Assembly (NCBI GenBank): GCA_963810755.1
Contig: CAWEOP010000003.1
Span: forward strand, 801,395 to 865,394
DNA length: 64,000 nt
DNA from: an uncultured Gammaproteobacteria bacterium
Lineage (GTDB): Bacteria; Pseudomonadota; Gammaproteobacteria; Steroidobacterales; Rariloculaceae
Direction: 5' to 3'
In this document: positions 8,847-18,844 of the stretch, piece after piece
How positions within the stretch are numbered: the first letter of the stretch is position 1
Layout of the letters: each line of letters opens with the position of its first letter
The notes under the pieces: generated by a model
Told to the model about the DNA's origin: nothing
Seen by the model: the letters and a program-made list of their open reading frames with translations, nothing else
Database searches by the model: none
Position numbers and translations under genes: made by a program

Positions 8847-10496
8847 TTACCGCCGTGCCTCGCAGCGGAAGTTTCCGGCAACCCAGTTCGCGCGATCGTT
8901 CTCGCGGCCGGCCGGACCTGTGTAGACGGCACGTTCGGGGTACGCGCAAACGCGCCGCTCGTTGTCGACGGCGCCGTTCGTCTCGTGGCGCGCGACGACG
9001 GAATCCGGCGCCGTGCCTTTCTCCACCCACGCGACGAGCGGCGCGAGCGGGTCCCAGCGGTCGGGACCGGCGCCGCCGCTGCAGTGCCCCATCCCGGGGA
9101 ACATGAAGAGCCGCGTACGCTCGCGCGCGACGTCGAGGTCGCCGCCGAACGTCGTCTTCACTACGTCCTGGTAGTAGTCGAGTGTGGGCTCGGGCGGCGC
9201 GCCGCCGTCGGCCCAGCCGTGCCAGAGGATCAGCTTCGCGCGGCGTTCCACCAAGAACCGCGACATGTTCGGATCGTCCGCGTTCGTGATCGCCTTCATG
9301 AAGTCCGCCTTGCCTGCGGTCAGGTCGTCGATGTCGAACTGCCACCACGCGTGCTCGGGCGGCATCCGCGTGAGGTCCGGCTTGCGCGAGAGGTCGTTCA
9401 GCACGGCCACCGGCACGCCGGGGTCCTTTTCGTAGAACAGAAACTCCGTGTGACCGTTCGCCGCGCCGCGCAGCATGCCGGGGAAGTTGCGGTTGCCGGC
9501 GTGCGGAATGTACTGCTCCCAGTCGAGCTCAGCGCCGGGCGCGCGGCCTTTGATGATCGAGCGACCCTTGCTGTCGTACGGCCCCCGGTAGAAGTCCTTC
9601 ACCGTTTGCAGCTGCGCGGGCGTGAAGCACGCTTCGCCGTCTTGTCCCGAGGGGCACATCAGCTTCGCGAGCGCAACGTCCGGATCGAACTTGCACGCGC
9701 GCGGGTCGTCGATCACGCCGTCCTTGATGCCGTCGAGCGCGTCGCACTGCTTCATTACCGCGTCGGCAAGGATTTGAACCTTCTTCACGCTGTCGAAGTT
9801 GCCGTCGTGCTTCGTCGAGTACGCGAGGTTGCCCGCGAAGTCGTCCTTGAACGTCCGCTGCAGGAGCCACGTGTGGCCTGCGTTGAGCTCTTGATAGTGC
9901 AGCACGGGCGCGCCCGCGACGATGCCGTCGAAGTCGGTGGGGAAACGCTGCGCCTCCATCAAGCCTTCGCGGCCGCCGGTGGAGCAGCCTTCGAAGTAGG
10001 AATACGACGCGGCTTTGCCGTAGTAGGCGCGAACGAGAGTCTTACCGGCCGTCGTGCTCGTGTGTACCGCGCGGTAGCCGAAGTCGATCTCGGCTTGGCG
10101 GTTGTCGAACGCGAACGACGCGCCCGGCTCGGCGCCGTCGTCGTGCCCCATGTTGCTGTTCACGACGGCGTAGCCTTCGGCGAGACGGTCGTCGGCGAAG
10201 TCGAGGTCGCCGTCCTTGCCGCCGTCGCCCGCCGCGAGGAACCGCCCGTTCCAATTCGCCGCGAGCGGCAGCTGCACGTGGTAGCGGATCCCCGGCGGAA
10301 TCGCGCCCTTCGCGTAGCAATACGCCGGAGTCTCCCCCTTCGCCGCGACGATGCGCGCGCTCGCGATCGTGAGATTCGGTGTATCGACCAGTCCCTCGCA
10401 CTTCGCCCGATCCGCCGCCTCGTCGGCCCGTGCGGACGCGCACGCGAGCGTCACGAGAACGAGAGCGCTCGCCGACGAAATGAGCGACGTCTTCAT
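8847..10496 (-). CDS. tannase/feruloyl-esterase family alpha/beta hydrolase, secreted
   Basis: ORF 8847..10595. The start is ATG 10496 (GGGGGAG upstream; signal peptide MKTSLISSASALVLVTLACASARA). It has the nucleophile-elbow context YFEGCSTGGREG and many conserved Cys typical of the tannase family. Confidence 0.85.
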   Translation of the reverse strand: MKTSLISSASALVLVTLACASARADEAADRAKCEGLVDTPNLTIASARIVAAKGETPAYCYAKGAIPPGIRYHVQLPLAANWNGRFLAAGDGGKDGDLDFADDRLAEGYAVVNSNMGHDDGAEPGASFAFDNRQAEIDFGYRAVHTSTTAGKTLVRAYYGKAASYSYFEGCSTGGREGLMEAQRFPTDFDGIVAGAPVLHYQELNAGHTWLLQRTFKDDFAGNLAYSTKHDGNFDSVKKVQILADAVMKQCDALDGIKDGVIDDPRACKFDPDVALAKLMCPSGQDGEACFTPAQLQTVKDFYRGPYDSKGRSIIKGRAPGAELDWEQYIPHAGNRNFPGMLRGAANGHTEFLFYEKDPGVPVAVLNDLSRKPDLTRMPPEHAWWQFDIDDLTAGKADFMKAITNADDPNMSRFLVERRAKLILWHGWADGGAPPEPTLDYYQDVVKTTFGGDLDVARERTRLFMFPGMGHCSGGAGPDRWDPLAPLVAWVEKGTAPDSVVARHETNGAVDNERRVCAYPERAVYTGPAGRENDRANWVAGNFRCEARR

Positions 10497-10543
10497 CTTT
10501 ACTCTCCCCCAAAAAGCAAACGATGGCGTCCTTGCGCCGAACC

Positions 10544-11677
10544 TTACTGCGTTCCCGCATCCGACTCGAAATGCCGCTCCCAGTTCTCCGCCCAAGGCCG
10601 TCCGAAGTAATCGATGTAGCCGTCATCGGTCGGCAAGAGCTGCGTAGGCCGCCCGTCAGGCCCGTTGACGATCGTGCTCTGCACGCGGCACTCGATGAAC
10701 GTGTAGCGCTTCTTCGGGTCGTCGATGCCCGCGGTGCGATTCCACGGTGTCACGAGATGCAGCGGCTGCTTGAATGCTTCGGGGTCGTAGAACGTCGAGT
10801 CGACGACGAGGCTGCCGTTCTCGCCCGGCTTGATCGTCTCGATGACCTCGAATTTGTCGCTGTACTCGAACATCGAGTGCGACAGCGTCCACGGCTGCAC
10901 GTTCGCGGTCCAGACGACCAGCGTGTCGCCGTCCCAGAAGCCGACGCTCTCGCCGTACCACTGCGGCACTTTCTGGATGTGCTGCTGGCCGATCAGAATC
11001 TTGCGCACGAAGTTGTCCGCGACGCCGGCTGTGAGCTGCACTTCGTGCGGCGTCACGAGGATCTCGATCTCGCCGATCGAGAACTCCGCCCACCAGCGCA
11101 TGAGCCCCTCGGGATAGCAGAACGCGGCCATCCACTGCGGCGCGTTCGTCACCGACTCGTGAAAGCTCATCTGCGCCATGCGGCGTTGATATTCGGGCTG
11201 GAGCACCGCCATCAGCGTCGCGCTCTGGAGGTTGCGGCCGTAGGTCCACTGAGCGTCGCGCGCGCCGCGCCGATACCAGCCGTCCCACTCGGGCAGCTGC
11301 GCGCGCGTCTTCTGCGTGGGGCCGCCGCGGGTCTTCGCCTGCGCCATCAGCGCCGCGTAGTGTTCCGCCGCGGTCGTGTACGGGTACGGGCTCACGATGT
11401 CCTTCAACGGGCGGTCGACGGAGCAGTCGCCCCACGCGCCCATGCGCCGCACGGTCCACGTGTCGGTGAGCTGGCGCGGGGTGTTGCAGCGCGTATAGCG
11501 TTTGTCGGTCCACGACAGCGCGTCTTTGCGGTAGTCCTTCGTGTTGTACAGATCGACGGGTAGCGGCTGCACGCCCGCGGGCGGCGTCGTGTCGACGGCC
11601 TGCTGCGCATGCGACGTGGCGATCAAAGCCCAAGCAGCCGCGGCGGCACCGAGCAAGGTGGGTTTCATTCGGATCAT
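10544..11677 (-). CDS. secreted protein of unknown family (copy B)
   Basis: ORF 10544..12100. The start is ATG 11677 (GAGGGG upstream; MIRMKPTLLGAAAAAWALIATSHA). It is a paralogue of 4844..6028. It lies 47 nt upstream of the tannase gene on the same strand. Confidence 0.75.
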   Translation of the reverse strand: MIRMKPTLLGAAAAAWALIATSHAQQAVDTTPPAGVQPLPVDLYNTKDYRKDALSWTDKRYTRCNTPRQLTDTWTVRRMGAWGDCSVDRPLKDIVSPYPYTTAAEHYAALMAQAKTRGGPTQKTRAQLPEWDGWYRRGARDAQWTYGRNLQSATLMAVLQPEYQRRMAQMSFHESVTNAPQWMAAFCYPEGLMRWWAEFSIGEIEILVTPHEVQLTAGVADNFVRKILIGQQHIQKVPQWYGESVGFWDGDTLVVWTANVQPWTLSHSMFEYSDKFEVIETIKPGENGSLVVDSTFYDPEAFKQPLHLVTPWNRTAGIDDPKKRYTFIECRVQSTIVNGPDGRPTQLLPTDDGYIDYFGRPWAENWERHFESDAGTQ

Positions 11678-11807
11678 CGGTACGAGCCCCTCTCGCTCGC
11701 AGACGAAGCAGTGGACGCGAAGTCTCTCACACCGTCGCGCGGGCGTGCCGCTTCTCTCGGCGACGGACGAATCGAGTGAGGAGACCGGACGGGCCGGTTC
11801 GTGCGTG

Positions 11808-13500
11808 TCAGCGTCGCTCGAGCGTGAGTCGTTCGCCCGCGAACGGCGCGGCCGCGTAGACCACTTCGCCGCCGACCATCGTGAGCACGGACTCGATGCG
11901 GCCGATTTCGTCGACGGGCACCGTGAGGTAGTCGGCGGACAACACCGCGAGATCCGCGAGCTTGCCGACCTCGAGCGAACCGCGGACGTCGTCGTCGTGC
12001 GAGAACCACGCGCTCCCCAGGGTGTAGAAGCGGAGCGCGTCCTCGCGGCCAGCGGTTTCCTCGGGGCCACGAATTGCAATGCCGCCGACGGTCTTGCCAT
12101 CGAGGAACCATTGGAGCGACGTGAACGGGTTGTACGACGCGACGCGGTGCGCGTCGGTGCCCGCGCCGATCGCGACGCCGAGCCGCTTGCCGGTCATCAC
12201 GGGCGGGATCCGCTTGCCGGCGTCGGGTCCCTGAGTGCGCACGAGCGCGTCGCCGCCGAAATACATCGCGTCCTGGACGGTCCAGCCGACACCGAGCGCG
12301 TGCATGCGCTCGAGGCTCGCGTTCGACGCGTCGTTCAGATGCGCGATCGACCAGCGCAGGTCCGCGATCGGCACTTCGCGGTTCACGCGCTCGAAGATTT
12401 CGAGCAGATGATGAACCGTCGAGTCGGGCCCCCAGTGCATCGTGAGCGTGAGCCCGCGCTCCGCCGCCCACTTCACGATCTCGTAGTAGCGTTCCTTGTC
12501 CTCGTCGCTCGGCGCGGGGTTGTTGTTCATCGCGAGCGTGATGCGCTCGCCGATGCCGTTGAACTCGAGCCTGTCGTCGCCGAAGCCCATCGGCAGCATC
12601 GCGGTGAGGTCCTTGAACTCGTCGAGCTCCTTGCCAGCCACTTGGCCGTTCAAGCTGTACGCGACGCGCACGGTCATGTCGCCGTGCCGCCAGACGTCGA
12701 ACAAGGCCTGATAGTCGCGCGGGAAAAAGATTGTTTCCGCCGGGATCGACGACCCCCGTGAGCCCGAGCCGATTGAGCTCGCTGAAGAACGCTTTCGTCC
12801 CTTCGACTTGCTCCGCGTAAGTCGGCCGCGGCAGCCGGTCGAACAACGCGACGATGCCGTTGTTGTTGCCCGCGATCGCACCCGTCATCGCGCCCGACGC
12901 GTCCCGCTCGAGCTTGGCTCCCGGCGGCAGATCCTCGTCGCCGTCGATGGCGAGTTTCTTGAAGCCGTCGTCGGTCATCACGACCCAGCCGTAGCCGAGC
13001 TGCACGTACACGGGATTCGCGGGTGCCGCGGCTTCGAGCTCCGCCTGCGTCGGGCGGCGCCTCTCCGCGAATTGCAGCTCGTTCCAGCCGCCCGCGACGA
13101 TGAGCCAGGCACCCGGCGGGCGCGACTTCGACGCCGCGGCGATGCGTGCCGTGGCCTCGCCGAGCGAGCGCGCGCCGATCCAGTTCACCTCGGTCGCGAA
13201 CGTGAGCGCGGCGCGGATCGCGTGCAGGTGCGAGTCGATGAGCCCCGGGATCACGGTGCGCCCGCCGAGGTCGATGACGCGCGTCGCGGGGCCGGCGAGC
13301 TTGCGGATGTCCGCGCTCTTGCCGAGTGCCGTGATCTTGCCGTCGTGCACCGCCAGCGCCTGCGCGACGGACGAGCTCGCGTCGACGGTTGCGATCTTGC
13401 CGTTCACGAGGATCGCGTCGGGTGTTTGCGCGAGGGCGGGTGGCGCGAGGCATGCGCTCGCGCACACCAAGCCCACGAAACGTCGGGCGAAGCTCAGCAC
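11808..13500 (-). pseudogene. metal-dependent amidohydrolase (YtcJ-like / amidohydrolase_3), secreted; frame broken once
   Basis: The N-terminal part is in the frame of ORF 11674..13644 (GTG 13500 after AAGGGGAG; VLSFARRFVGLVCASACLAPPALA; GLIDSHLH metal motif). The C-terminal part is ORF 11808..12881 (...GTDAHRVASYNPF..., GSLEVGKLADLAVL). The join GVVDPGGNNLFP|RDYQALFDVW is restored by removing one A from the A5 run at 12724-12728. Confidence 0.8.
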
Positions 13501-13679
13501 GTTCCACTCCCCTTGCTTCGCGCTCGAGCGAGCGCGCGACGGTCCAACACTAGCGCACCGCTCGGCCGCTGGCATCACCGGCTCGCGCGGGAGAGCCGCT
13601 GCTGCAGCTCCAAGCTTCTGGCAACGGTGCCGTAACGAAGGCAAAATCGCCCGATCCCCGACATCGAGAGAGACCGCTA

Positions 13680-14564
13680 ATGCCGTTTCGAACTGCAGCG
13701 CTCGGTCGCGTTGCCGCCCTCGCCGCGCTCATGCTCGGCCTGGCCGTCGTTGTGACGGCGTCGGCGCAGACGGCCGCCCCGCAGCCCGGGGCCGCGGCAC
13801 CGGAGACGGCGCCGGCCGCAGTGGCGCCGCCCGGTGCCCCGCCGCGCGCGCGGCTCGGCGGCTATCTCGGTCCCGATCATTTGCCGGACCACACGGCGTT
13901 CCTGCCGCCGCCGCCCGCGGTCGATTCCGTGCTCGGCAAGGCCGACCTCGCCCTCTTCGAAGAGACGCGCAAGCTCGAAAACGGCCCGCGCTGGCAACTC
14001 GCGACGAACGACGACCACATCGACCGGCGTTCGATGCTCGCGAACTTCAGCTGCGCAGTCGGCGTCGACCTCGCGGCGGCCGAGACGCCGGCGCTCTCGC
14101 GCGTGCTGATCCGCTCGGGCGCCGATCTCTTCCCCGTGATCGGAGCCGCCAAGGACACGTACCAGCGCCCGCGGCCGTTCGTCACGGAGCAGGGGCCGGT
14201 CTGCATCACGCCGTCGGAGGACTTCGCGCAGAGCGGCTCGTATCCGTCGGGCCACGCCGCGAGCGGCTGGCTCTACGCGCTGTTGTTAGCCGAGATCGAT
14301 CCCACCGACGCCGCGGCGATCGTCAATCGCGGCCGGGCGTTCGGCGAGAGCCGCGTCGTCTGCGGCGTGCATTACCTGACCGACATCGAAGGCGGCCGTC
14401 TCACGGCCTCCGCGCTCGTCGCGGCGCTGCACGGCACGCCGGAGTTCGAGACCGATGTCGCCGCCGCGCGCGCGGAGCTCACGACCTTGCGAGCCGCGAA
14501 CGCGGCCAAGCGGGCGGCCGCGGCCTGCGATACCGAGAGCGCGAGCCTAGCGACGCCGTGGTGA
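13680..14564 (+). CDS. class A (PAP2) nonspecific acid phosphatase, secreted
   Basis: It has a signal peptide and the three PAP2 motifs KDTYQRPRP, YPSGHA and SRVVCGVHYLTDIEGG. Confidence 0.85.
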   Translation: MPFRTAALGRVAALAALMLGLAVVVTASAQTAAPQPGAAAPETAPAAVAPPGAPPRARLGGYLGPDHLPDHTAFLPPPPAVDSVLGKADLALFEETRKLENGPRWQLATNDDHIDRRSMLANFSCAVGVDLAAAETPALSRVLIRSGADLFPVIGAAKDTYQRPRPFVTEQGPVCITPSEDFAQSGSYPSGHAASGWLYALLLAEIDPTDAAAIVNRGRAFGESRVVCGVHYLTDIEGGRLTASALVAALHGTPEFETDVAAARAELTTLRAANAAKRAAAACDTESASLATPW

Positions 14565-15958
14565 GCGCCTCGCCGGGGCCGCCCGCGGCTTCGGACGGAA
14601 CCGCCCCGCACCGCCGGCTCACGGCGTGGCACGCGGTCTCGGTCTGCGTCGGCATGGTCATCGGCGCCGGCATCTTCAAATCGACTCCGCTCGCGGCCGC
14701 CGTCGACTTGCCGTCGGACGCCGCATTGCTGCTGCTCTGGGCGTTCGGCGGCGCGATGTCGCTCGCCGGTGCGCTCTGCTTCGCGGAGCTCGCGGCCGCA
14801 TTTCCCGATCAAGGCGGCGATTACTTCTTCCTGCGCAAGGCTTACGGCGCCGAAGCGGGGTTCCTGTTCGCGTGGTCGCGGTTCGCGGTGATCCACACGG
14901 GCTCGATCGCACTGCTCGCGTTCAGCTTCGGCGACTACCTCGCAGCGATCGTTGACGTCGGTCCGTACGGCGGGCCGGCGCTCGCGGCCGCGACGATCGT
15001 GAGCCTCGCGGCCGTGAACCTCGCCGGTTTGCGCTTCGGCATCGGGACGCAGGTCGTGCTCATGTTCGTCGTGATCGGCGGCTTGCTCTGCGTCGGCGCC
15101 GCGGGCGCGTGGCTCGCGATCACGGGCCTGCCGCCGAAGCCCCCGTCCGAGCTCGTCGCCGGGTCGCGCGGCGCTTCGCCGTTCGCGCCGATCGCGGTCG
15201 GTAGTGCGCTCGTGTACGTGTTTCTCGCGTACGGCGGCTGGAGCGACGCCGCGACGCTGTCCGCCGAAATGCGCGACCGCGAGCGCGGCATGAAACGCGC
15301 GCTGATCGTCGGCATGAGCATCGTGACGGCGCTCTACCTGCTCGTGAACTGGGCGTTCCTGCGGGGCCTCGGCCGCGAAGGGTTCGTCGCGAGCAACGCG
15401 CCGGGCGCGGACCTGATGCGCTACGTGTTCGGCACGCCGGGCGAGCTCGCGATCGTCGCCGTCGTCGCGGTGACGTCGATCACGTCGATGAACGCGATCC
15501 TGATCGCGGGCGCGCGCACGACCTACGCCGCCGCGCGCGACACCGACGCGTTGTACCGGCTCGGCCGTTGGCACCTCGCGCGCGGCACGCCGTACCCCGC
15601 GATCGTCGCGATCGCGCTCGTGGCGCTCGGGCTCGTCGCGCTCGGCACCTACACGCGCGGCGGTTTCTCGACGATGGTCGACTATCTGTCGCCGGTCTAC
15701 TGGCTGTTCCTCACGCTGACGGGCGTCGCGGTGCTCGTGCTGCGGCGCCGCTATCCGGACGCCGAGCGGCCGTTTCGCGTGCCGCTCTATCCGTACGTTC
15801 CGCTCGTGTTCATCGCGAGCAGCCTCTACGTGTTCTATTCGAGCCTCGCATACGTGCGCGTGGGCGCGGTCGCGGGCGTCGGCGTGCTGCTCGCGGGCGT
15901 CGTGCTGCTCGTCGTGCTCCGGACGGTCGCCGGCCGCAAGGTAGTCGAGGCCGGCTGA
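14561..15958 (+). CDS. APC-superfamily amino acid/polyamine permease
   Basis: This is the in-frame tail of ORF 13100..15958. GTG 14561 overlaps the phosphatase stop (GTGA). It has about 12 TM segments and the N-terminal motif VGMVIGAGIF typical of APC permeases. Confidence 0.85.
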   Translation: MSASPGPPAASDGTAPHRRLTAWHAVSVCVGMVIGAGIFKSTPLAAAVDLPSDAALLLLWAFGGAMSLAGALCFAELAAAFPDQGGDYFFLRKAYGAEAGFLFAWSRFAVIHTGSIALLAFSFGDYLAAIVDVGPYGGPALAAATIVSLAAVNLAGLRFGIGTQVVLMFVVIGGLLCVGAAGAWLAITGLPPKPPSELVAGSRGASPFAPIAVGSALVYVFLAYGGWSDAATLSAEMRDRERGMKRALIVGMSIVTALYLLVNWAFLRGLGREGFVASNAPGADLMRYVFGTPGELAIVAVVAVTSITSMNAILIAGARTTYAAARDTDALYRLGRWHLARGTPYPAIVAIALVALGLVALGTYTRGGFSTMVDYLSPVYWLFLTLTGVAVLVLRRRYPDAERPFRVPLYPYVPLVFIASSLYVFYSSLAYVRVGAVAGVGVLLAGVVLLVVLRTVAGRKVVEAG

Positions 15959-16063
15959 CGCGGCCCGTCCGGCGGCGACGGCGTTCACGCCCGCCGGCCA
16001 GCGATTCTGCTATCGTGCGGCGCGTCCGCGTACGAGCTTGAGATTCAAGAGGGACCGCAAGAC

Positions 16064-16741
16064 TTGGACGTCCAATTCGCACCGAACGAAGCACGAGTGA
16101 TCGGCTGTCTCATGGAGAAGTCGATCCTCACGCCCGATCAATATCCGCTGTCGCTGAACGCGCTCGTGAACGCGTGCAACCAGAAGTCGAGCCGCGATCC
16201 GGTGTTGTCGCTCGATCAGGGCGTCGTGCAGCGCGCCGTCAACGACCTCATCGAACGCAAGCTCATCATGATTCAGCCGTATGGCGGGCGCGTCGACAAG
16301 TACCAGCAACGCTTCTGCAACACCCAGTTCGCGACGATCAAGCTTTCGCCGGCGGAGTTCGCCGTCGTGTGCCTGCTGCTACTGCGCGGCCCGCAGACGC
16401 CGGGCGAGCTCAAGTCGCACAGCGGCCGGCTGCACGAGTTCGGCGACGTGACGGAGGTCGACGCAGTGCTCGAGGCGTTGCTCACGCGCTCGGACGGACC
16501 GTTCGTCGCGCGGCTGCCGCGCGAGCCGCGGCGCAAGGATCACGCGTGGGCGCACCTCTTCGGTGGGCCGATCGCGTCGGTGCCGCCGTCCGACGAGCTT
16601 GCCGTGCCGCCGGAACGTGCAGCACAGGAACGCGCGCCGCTGCGTACGGACGCGGGCGATGCCGTCGCCGCGCTCGAGGCGCGCGTCGCGCATCTCGAGC
16701 GAGCGCTCGCGCAGATCAAAGAGTCGCTCGGCATCGACTGA
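16064..16741 (+). CDS. yceH: YceH (DUF480) family protein
   Basis: TTG start with AGAGGGA upstream. NEARVIGCLMEKSILTPDQYPLSLNALVNACNQKSSRDPV... is the conserved YceH N-terminus. Confidence 0.85.
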   Translation: MDVQFAPNEARVIGCLMEKSILTPDQYPLSLNALVNACNQKSSRDPVLSLDQGVVQRAVNDLIERKLIMIQPYGGRVDKYQQRFCNTQFATIKLSPAEFAVVCLLLLRGPQTPGELKSHSGRLHEFGDVTEVDAVLEALLTRSDGPFVARLPREPRRKDHAWAHLFGGPIASVPPSDELAVPPERAAQERAPLRTDAGDAVAALEARVAHLERALAQIKESLGID

Positions 16742-16775
16742 AGCCGAGTCGGCAGGCTCGTCGCCGCGGCGGGCT

Positions 16776-17348
16776 TCAAGAGTTGAACAGCGCCTTGCCG
16801 TCGACGCCGGCGGTTTCGCCCGCGTTGAATTCGAGAAGCTTCGCGGGGCGGAAGCCGCCCATCCCGGCCACGAGGTTGCCGGGAAATTGGTCGATCGCGA
16901 CGTTATTCTCGTTGACCGCCGTGTTGTATAGCTCGCGCCGATCCGCGATGCCGGTCTCGAGACCCGAGATCCGCTGCTGCAGGACCACGAACGTCTGGTT
17001 CGCCTTGAGCTCCGGGTAGTTCTCCGCGAGCGCGAACAGCTTGCCGAGCTGGCCGCGCAGCTCGCTCTCGGCCTTGCCGAGCGCCGCCGGGTCGGACGAG
17101 TGGCGCGCACCGAAGATCGACGCGCGCGCCTCGAGCACGCGGTCGAAGGTCTCCTGCTCGTATTTCATGTACTGCTGGCAGGTCTCGACGAGCTTCGGCA
17201 ACTCGTCGTGGCGCTGGCGCAGCAGCACGTCGATGTTCGACCATGCCTGCCCGATGCGCTCGCGCGTCGCGACGAGACGGTTATAGGTCGAGACGTACCA
17301 CAGGAACGCGAACATGATCGCGACGAACACCATCACTCCCAAGAACAT
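16776..17348 (-). CDS. LemA family protein
   Basis: An N-terminal TM helix followed by YNRLVATRERIGQAWSNIDVLLRQRHDELPKLVE...NYPELKAN...YNTAVNENN, the LemA signature. Confidence 0.9.
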   Translation of the reverse strand: MFLGVMVFVAIMFAFLWYVSTYNRLVATRERIGQAWSNIDVLLRQRHDELPKLVETCQQYMKYEQETFDRVLEARASIFGARHSSDPAALGKAESELRGQLGKLFALAENYPELKANQTFVVLQQRISGLETGIADRRELYNTAVNENNVAIDQFPGNLVAGMGGFRPAKLLEFNAGETAGVDGKALFNS

Positions 17349-17406
17349 CGACGGATACCTCGGCAGAAGATCAGTTACGCAGCGCGCCGACGAAGAATCG
17401 GGTTGA

Positions 17407-18069
17407 TCACCGGGGCGCGTCGGCGGCCGCCCGGTCGAGTAGTCCGGCGACTTCCTTCGCGAGCACGTGCGCGAGCACGAGGTGCTGATCCGCGTCGAGG
17501 TGCACGCCGTCGATCGCGCTGACCTTCACGACGCGCCCCGCGTCGTAGAACGGGCAGCCGAGCTCGGTCGCGACCTCGGCGAACGCCTCGGCGAGGCCCT
17601 TGCTCTTCCCGTCGGCGCCCTCGAACTTCGGTGCGATCGCGCCTTTCGGCGTGCGCGCCGGCGGCGGCGCGACGATGAGGATCTCGGGCACCGGCAGGCC
17701 GGGCTCGATCGGCGCGCTGCGAATCGCGCGCACGAGCGTCGCGATGCCCTGCGACGAATGCCACGCGTTGAACTGATGCGTGGACTGGAAGTCGTTCGTG
17801 CCGAGCAGCAGCACGACGAGCGCGAGCGGCGAGCTCACCTCGATCCGCTGCGCAAGTCCGACGAGCCCGTTGCGGCCCGGCTTGAACGGGTCGTCCCAGA
17901 CCGTGCGCCGGCCGTTCAAGCAGTCCTCGATCACGCGGACGCTGCGGCCCGAGCGGATCAAGTGGTCCTCCATCGCGCCGGGCCAGCGCTCGGCGAATCC
18001 CAAGCGCTTGCGCGTGTTGGGGATGATGCCCCAGCTCAGCGAGTCGCTGTAGACGAGGATCTGCTGCAT
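17407..18069 (-). CDS. SGNH/GDSL-type hydrolase (arylesterase-like)
   Basis: ILVYSDSLSWG (block I Ser), LLLGTNDF (block III) and DGVHLD (block V). Confidence 0.8.
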   Translation of the reverse strand: MQQILVYSDSLSWGIIPNTRKRLGFAERWPGAMEDHLIRSGRSVRVIEDCLNGRRTVWDDPFKPGRNGLVGLAQRIEVSSPLALVVLLLGTNDFQSTHQFNAWHSSQGIATLVRAIRSAPIEPGLPVPEILIVAPPPARTPKGAIAPKFEGADGKSKGLAEAFAEVATELGCPFYDAGRVVKVSAIDGVHLDADQHLVLAHVLAKEVAGLLDRAAADAPR

Positions 18070-18090
18070 GGCAGGGATCGCGCTTCCTCT

Positions 18091-18387
18091 CTAAATCGGC
18101 ACCTTGCGATCCGGGAACGCCTTGTGCCAGCGATTGATTCGCACGGTCGCGCGCATTCCGTTCGTCCAGAACGGATCGTCCTTGAAGATGTCGCGGACCT
18201 CCGCCTCATCCTTCGCCTCGACGATCCACAAGCCCCCGAGCGGCTTGTCGCTCGGCACCTCGCGCATCGAGCCCGGAATCAGCACGCGGTCCTTGTTGTC
18301 GTCCAGGAACTGCTTGTGCGACGCGAACAATTTGTCGCGCAGCTCGCCCATGTTCGGCTTGTCCTCGAATTGCACTATGTAGAGCAT
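18091..18387 (-). CDS. YciI-like protein
   Basis: A 98-aa ORF. MLYIVQFEDKP...HKQFL...GGLWIVEAKDEAEVRDIFKDDPF fits the YciI pattern. Confidence 0.8.
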   Translation of the reverse strand: MLYIVQFEDKPNMGELRDKLFASHKQFLDDNKDRVLIPGSMREVPSDKPLGGLWIVEAKDEAEVRDIFKDDPFWTNGMRATVRINRWHKAFPDRKVPI

Positions 18388-18416
18388 GTCGGTCCTCGGG
18401 TCTTTTGTTCTCTAGG

Positions 18417-18785
18417 TCAGGAGTCCGCGCCGTCGCGGTTGACGCTGCGCGCGATCTCGCCGAGCAGCGCCTGGTTCGCGCGCGTCGCGCGCTCGACCAC
18501 GGAATCGTAGTTCTCGATGAGCCGCTCGCCGAGCTTCGTGAGCGACGCGCCGCCGCGGGATTTTCCGCCGGCCCATGCCTCGACGAGCGGCTTCGCGAAC
18601 AGCTTGTTGAGCTCGGCGACGAGCAGCCACGCGCGCCGGTACGACATCTTCATCGCACGCGCGGCGCCGGAGATCGATTCCTGCTCGCGGATCTGGCGCA
18701 GCAGGTTGATCTTGCCGGGGCCGATCTGCCCGACGCCGGGCAGGTTCACTTTGATCCAGAGCTCGGCGCTCTGCGTCTTCGTCAT
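18417..18785 (-). CDS. ModE N-terminal-domain-like winged-helix regulator (no Mop domains)
   Basis: GPGKINLLRQIREQESISGAARAMKMSYRRAWLLVAELNKLF matches the ModE/LysR-type HTH N-domain. The protein is only 122 aa. Confidence 0.75.
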   Translation of the reverse strand: MTKTQSAELWIKVNLPGVGQIGPGKINLLRQIREQESISGAARAMKMSYRRAWLLVAELNKLFAKPLVEAWAGGKSRGGASLTKLGERLIENYDSVVERATRANQALLGEIARSVNRDGADS

Positions 18786-18800
18786 GGCGCTTAGCGTAGC

Positions 18801-18844
18801 CTAGATCTCGATCTCGGTCGCGAGCACGACCACGCGGTGCGTCG
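18801..18844 (-). repeat. orphan copy of the kup 3' end (would encode ...THRVVVLATEIEI-stop); direct repeat of 29309-29352
   Basis: 24/24 identical (CTAGATCTCGATCTCGGTCGCGAG), and 40/44 overall. Three of the 4 differences are synonymous in the Kup frame (gtc/gtg, gtt/gtc, gtc/gtg) and one gives R->H. Confidence 0.8.
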
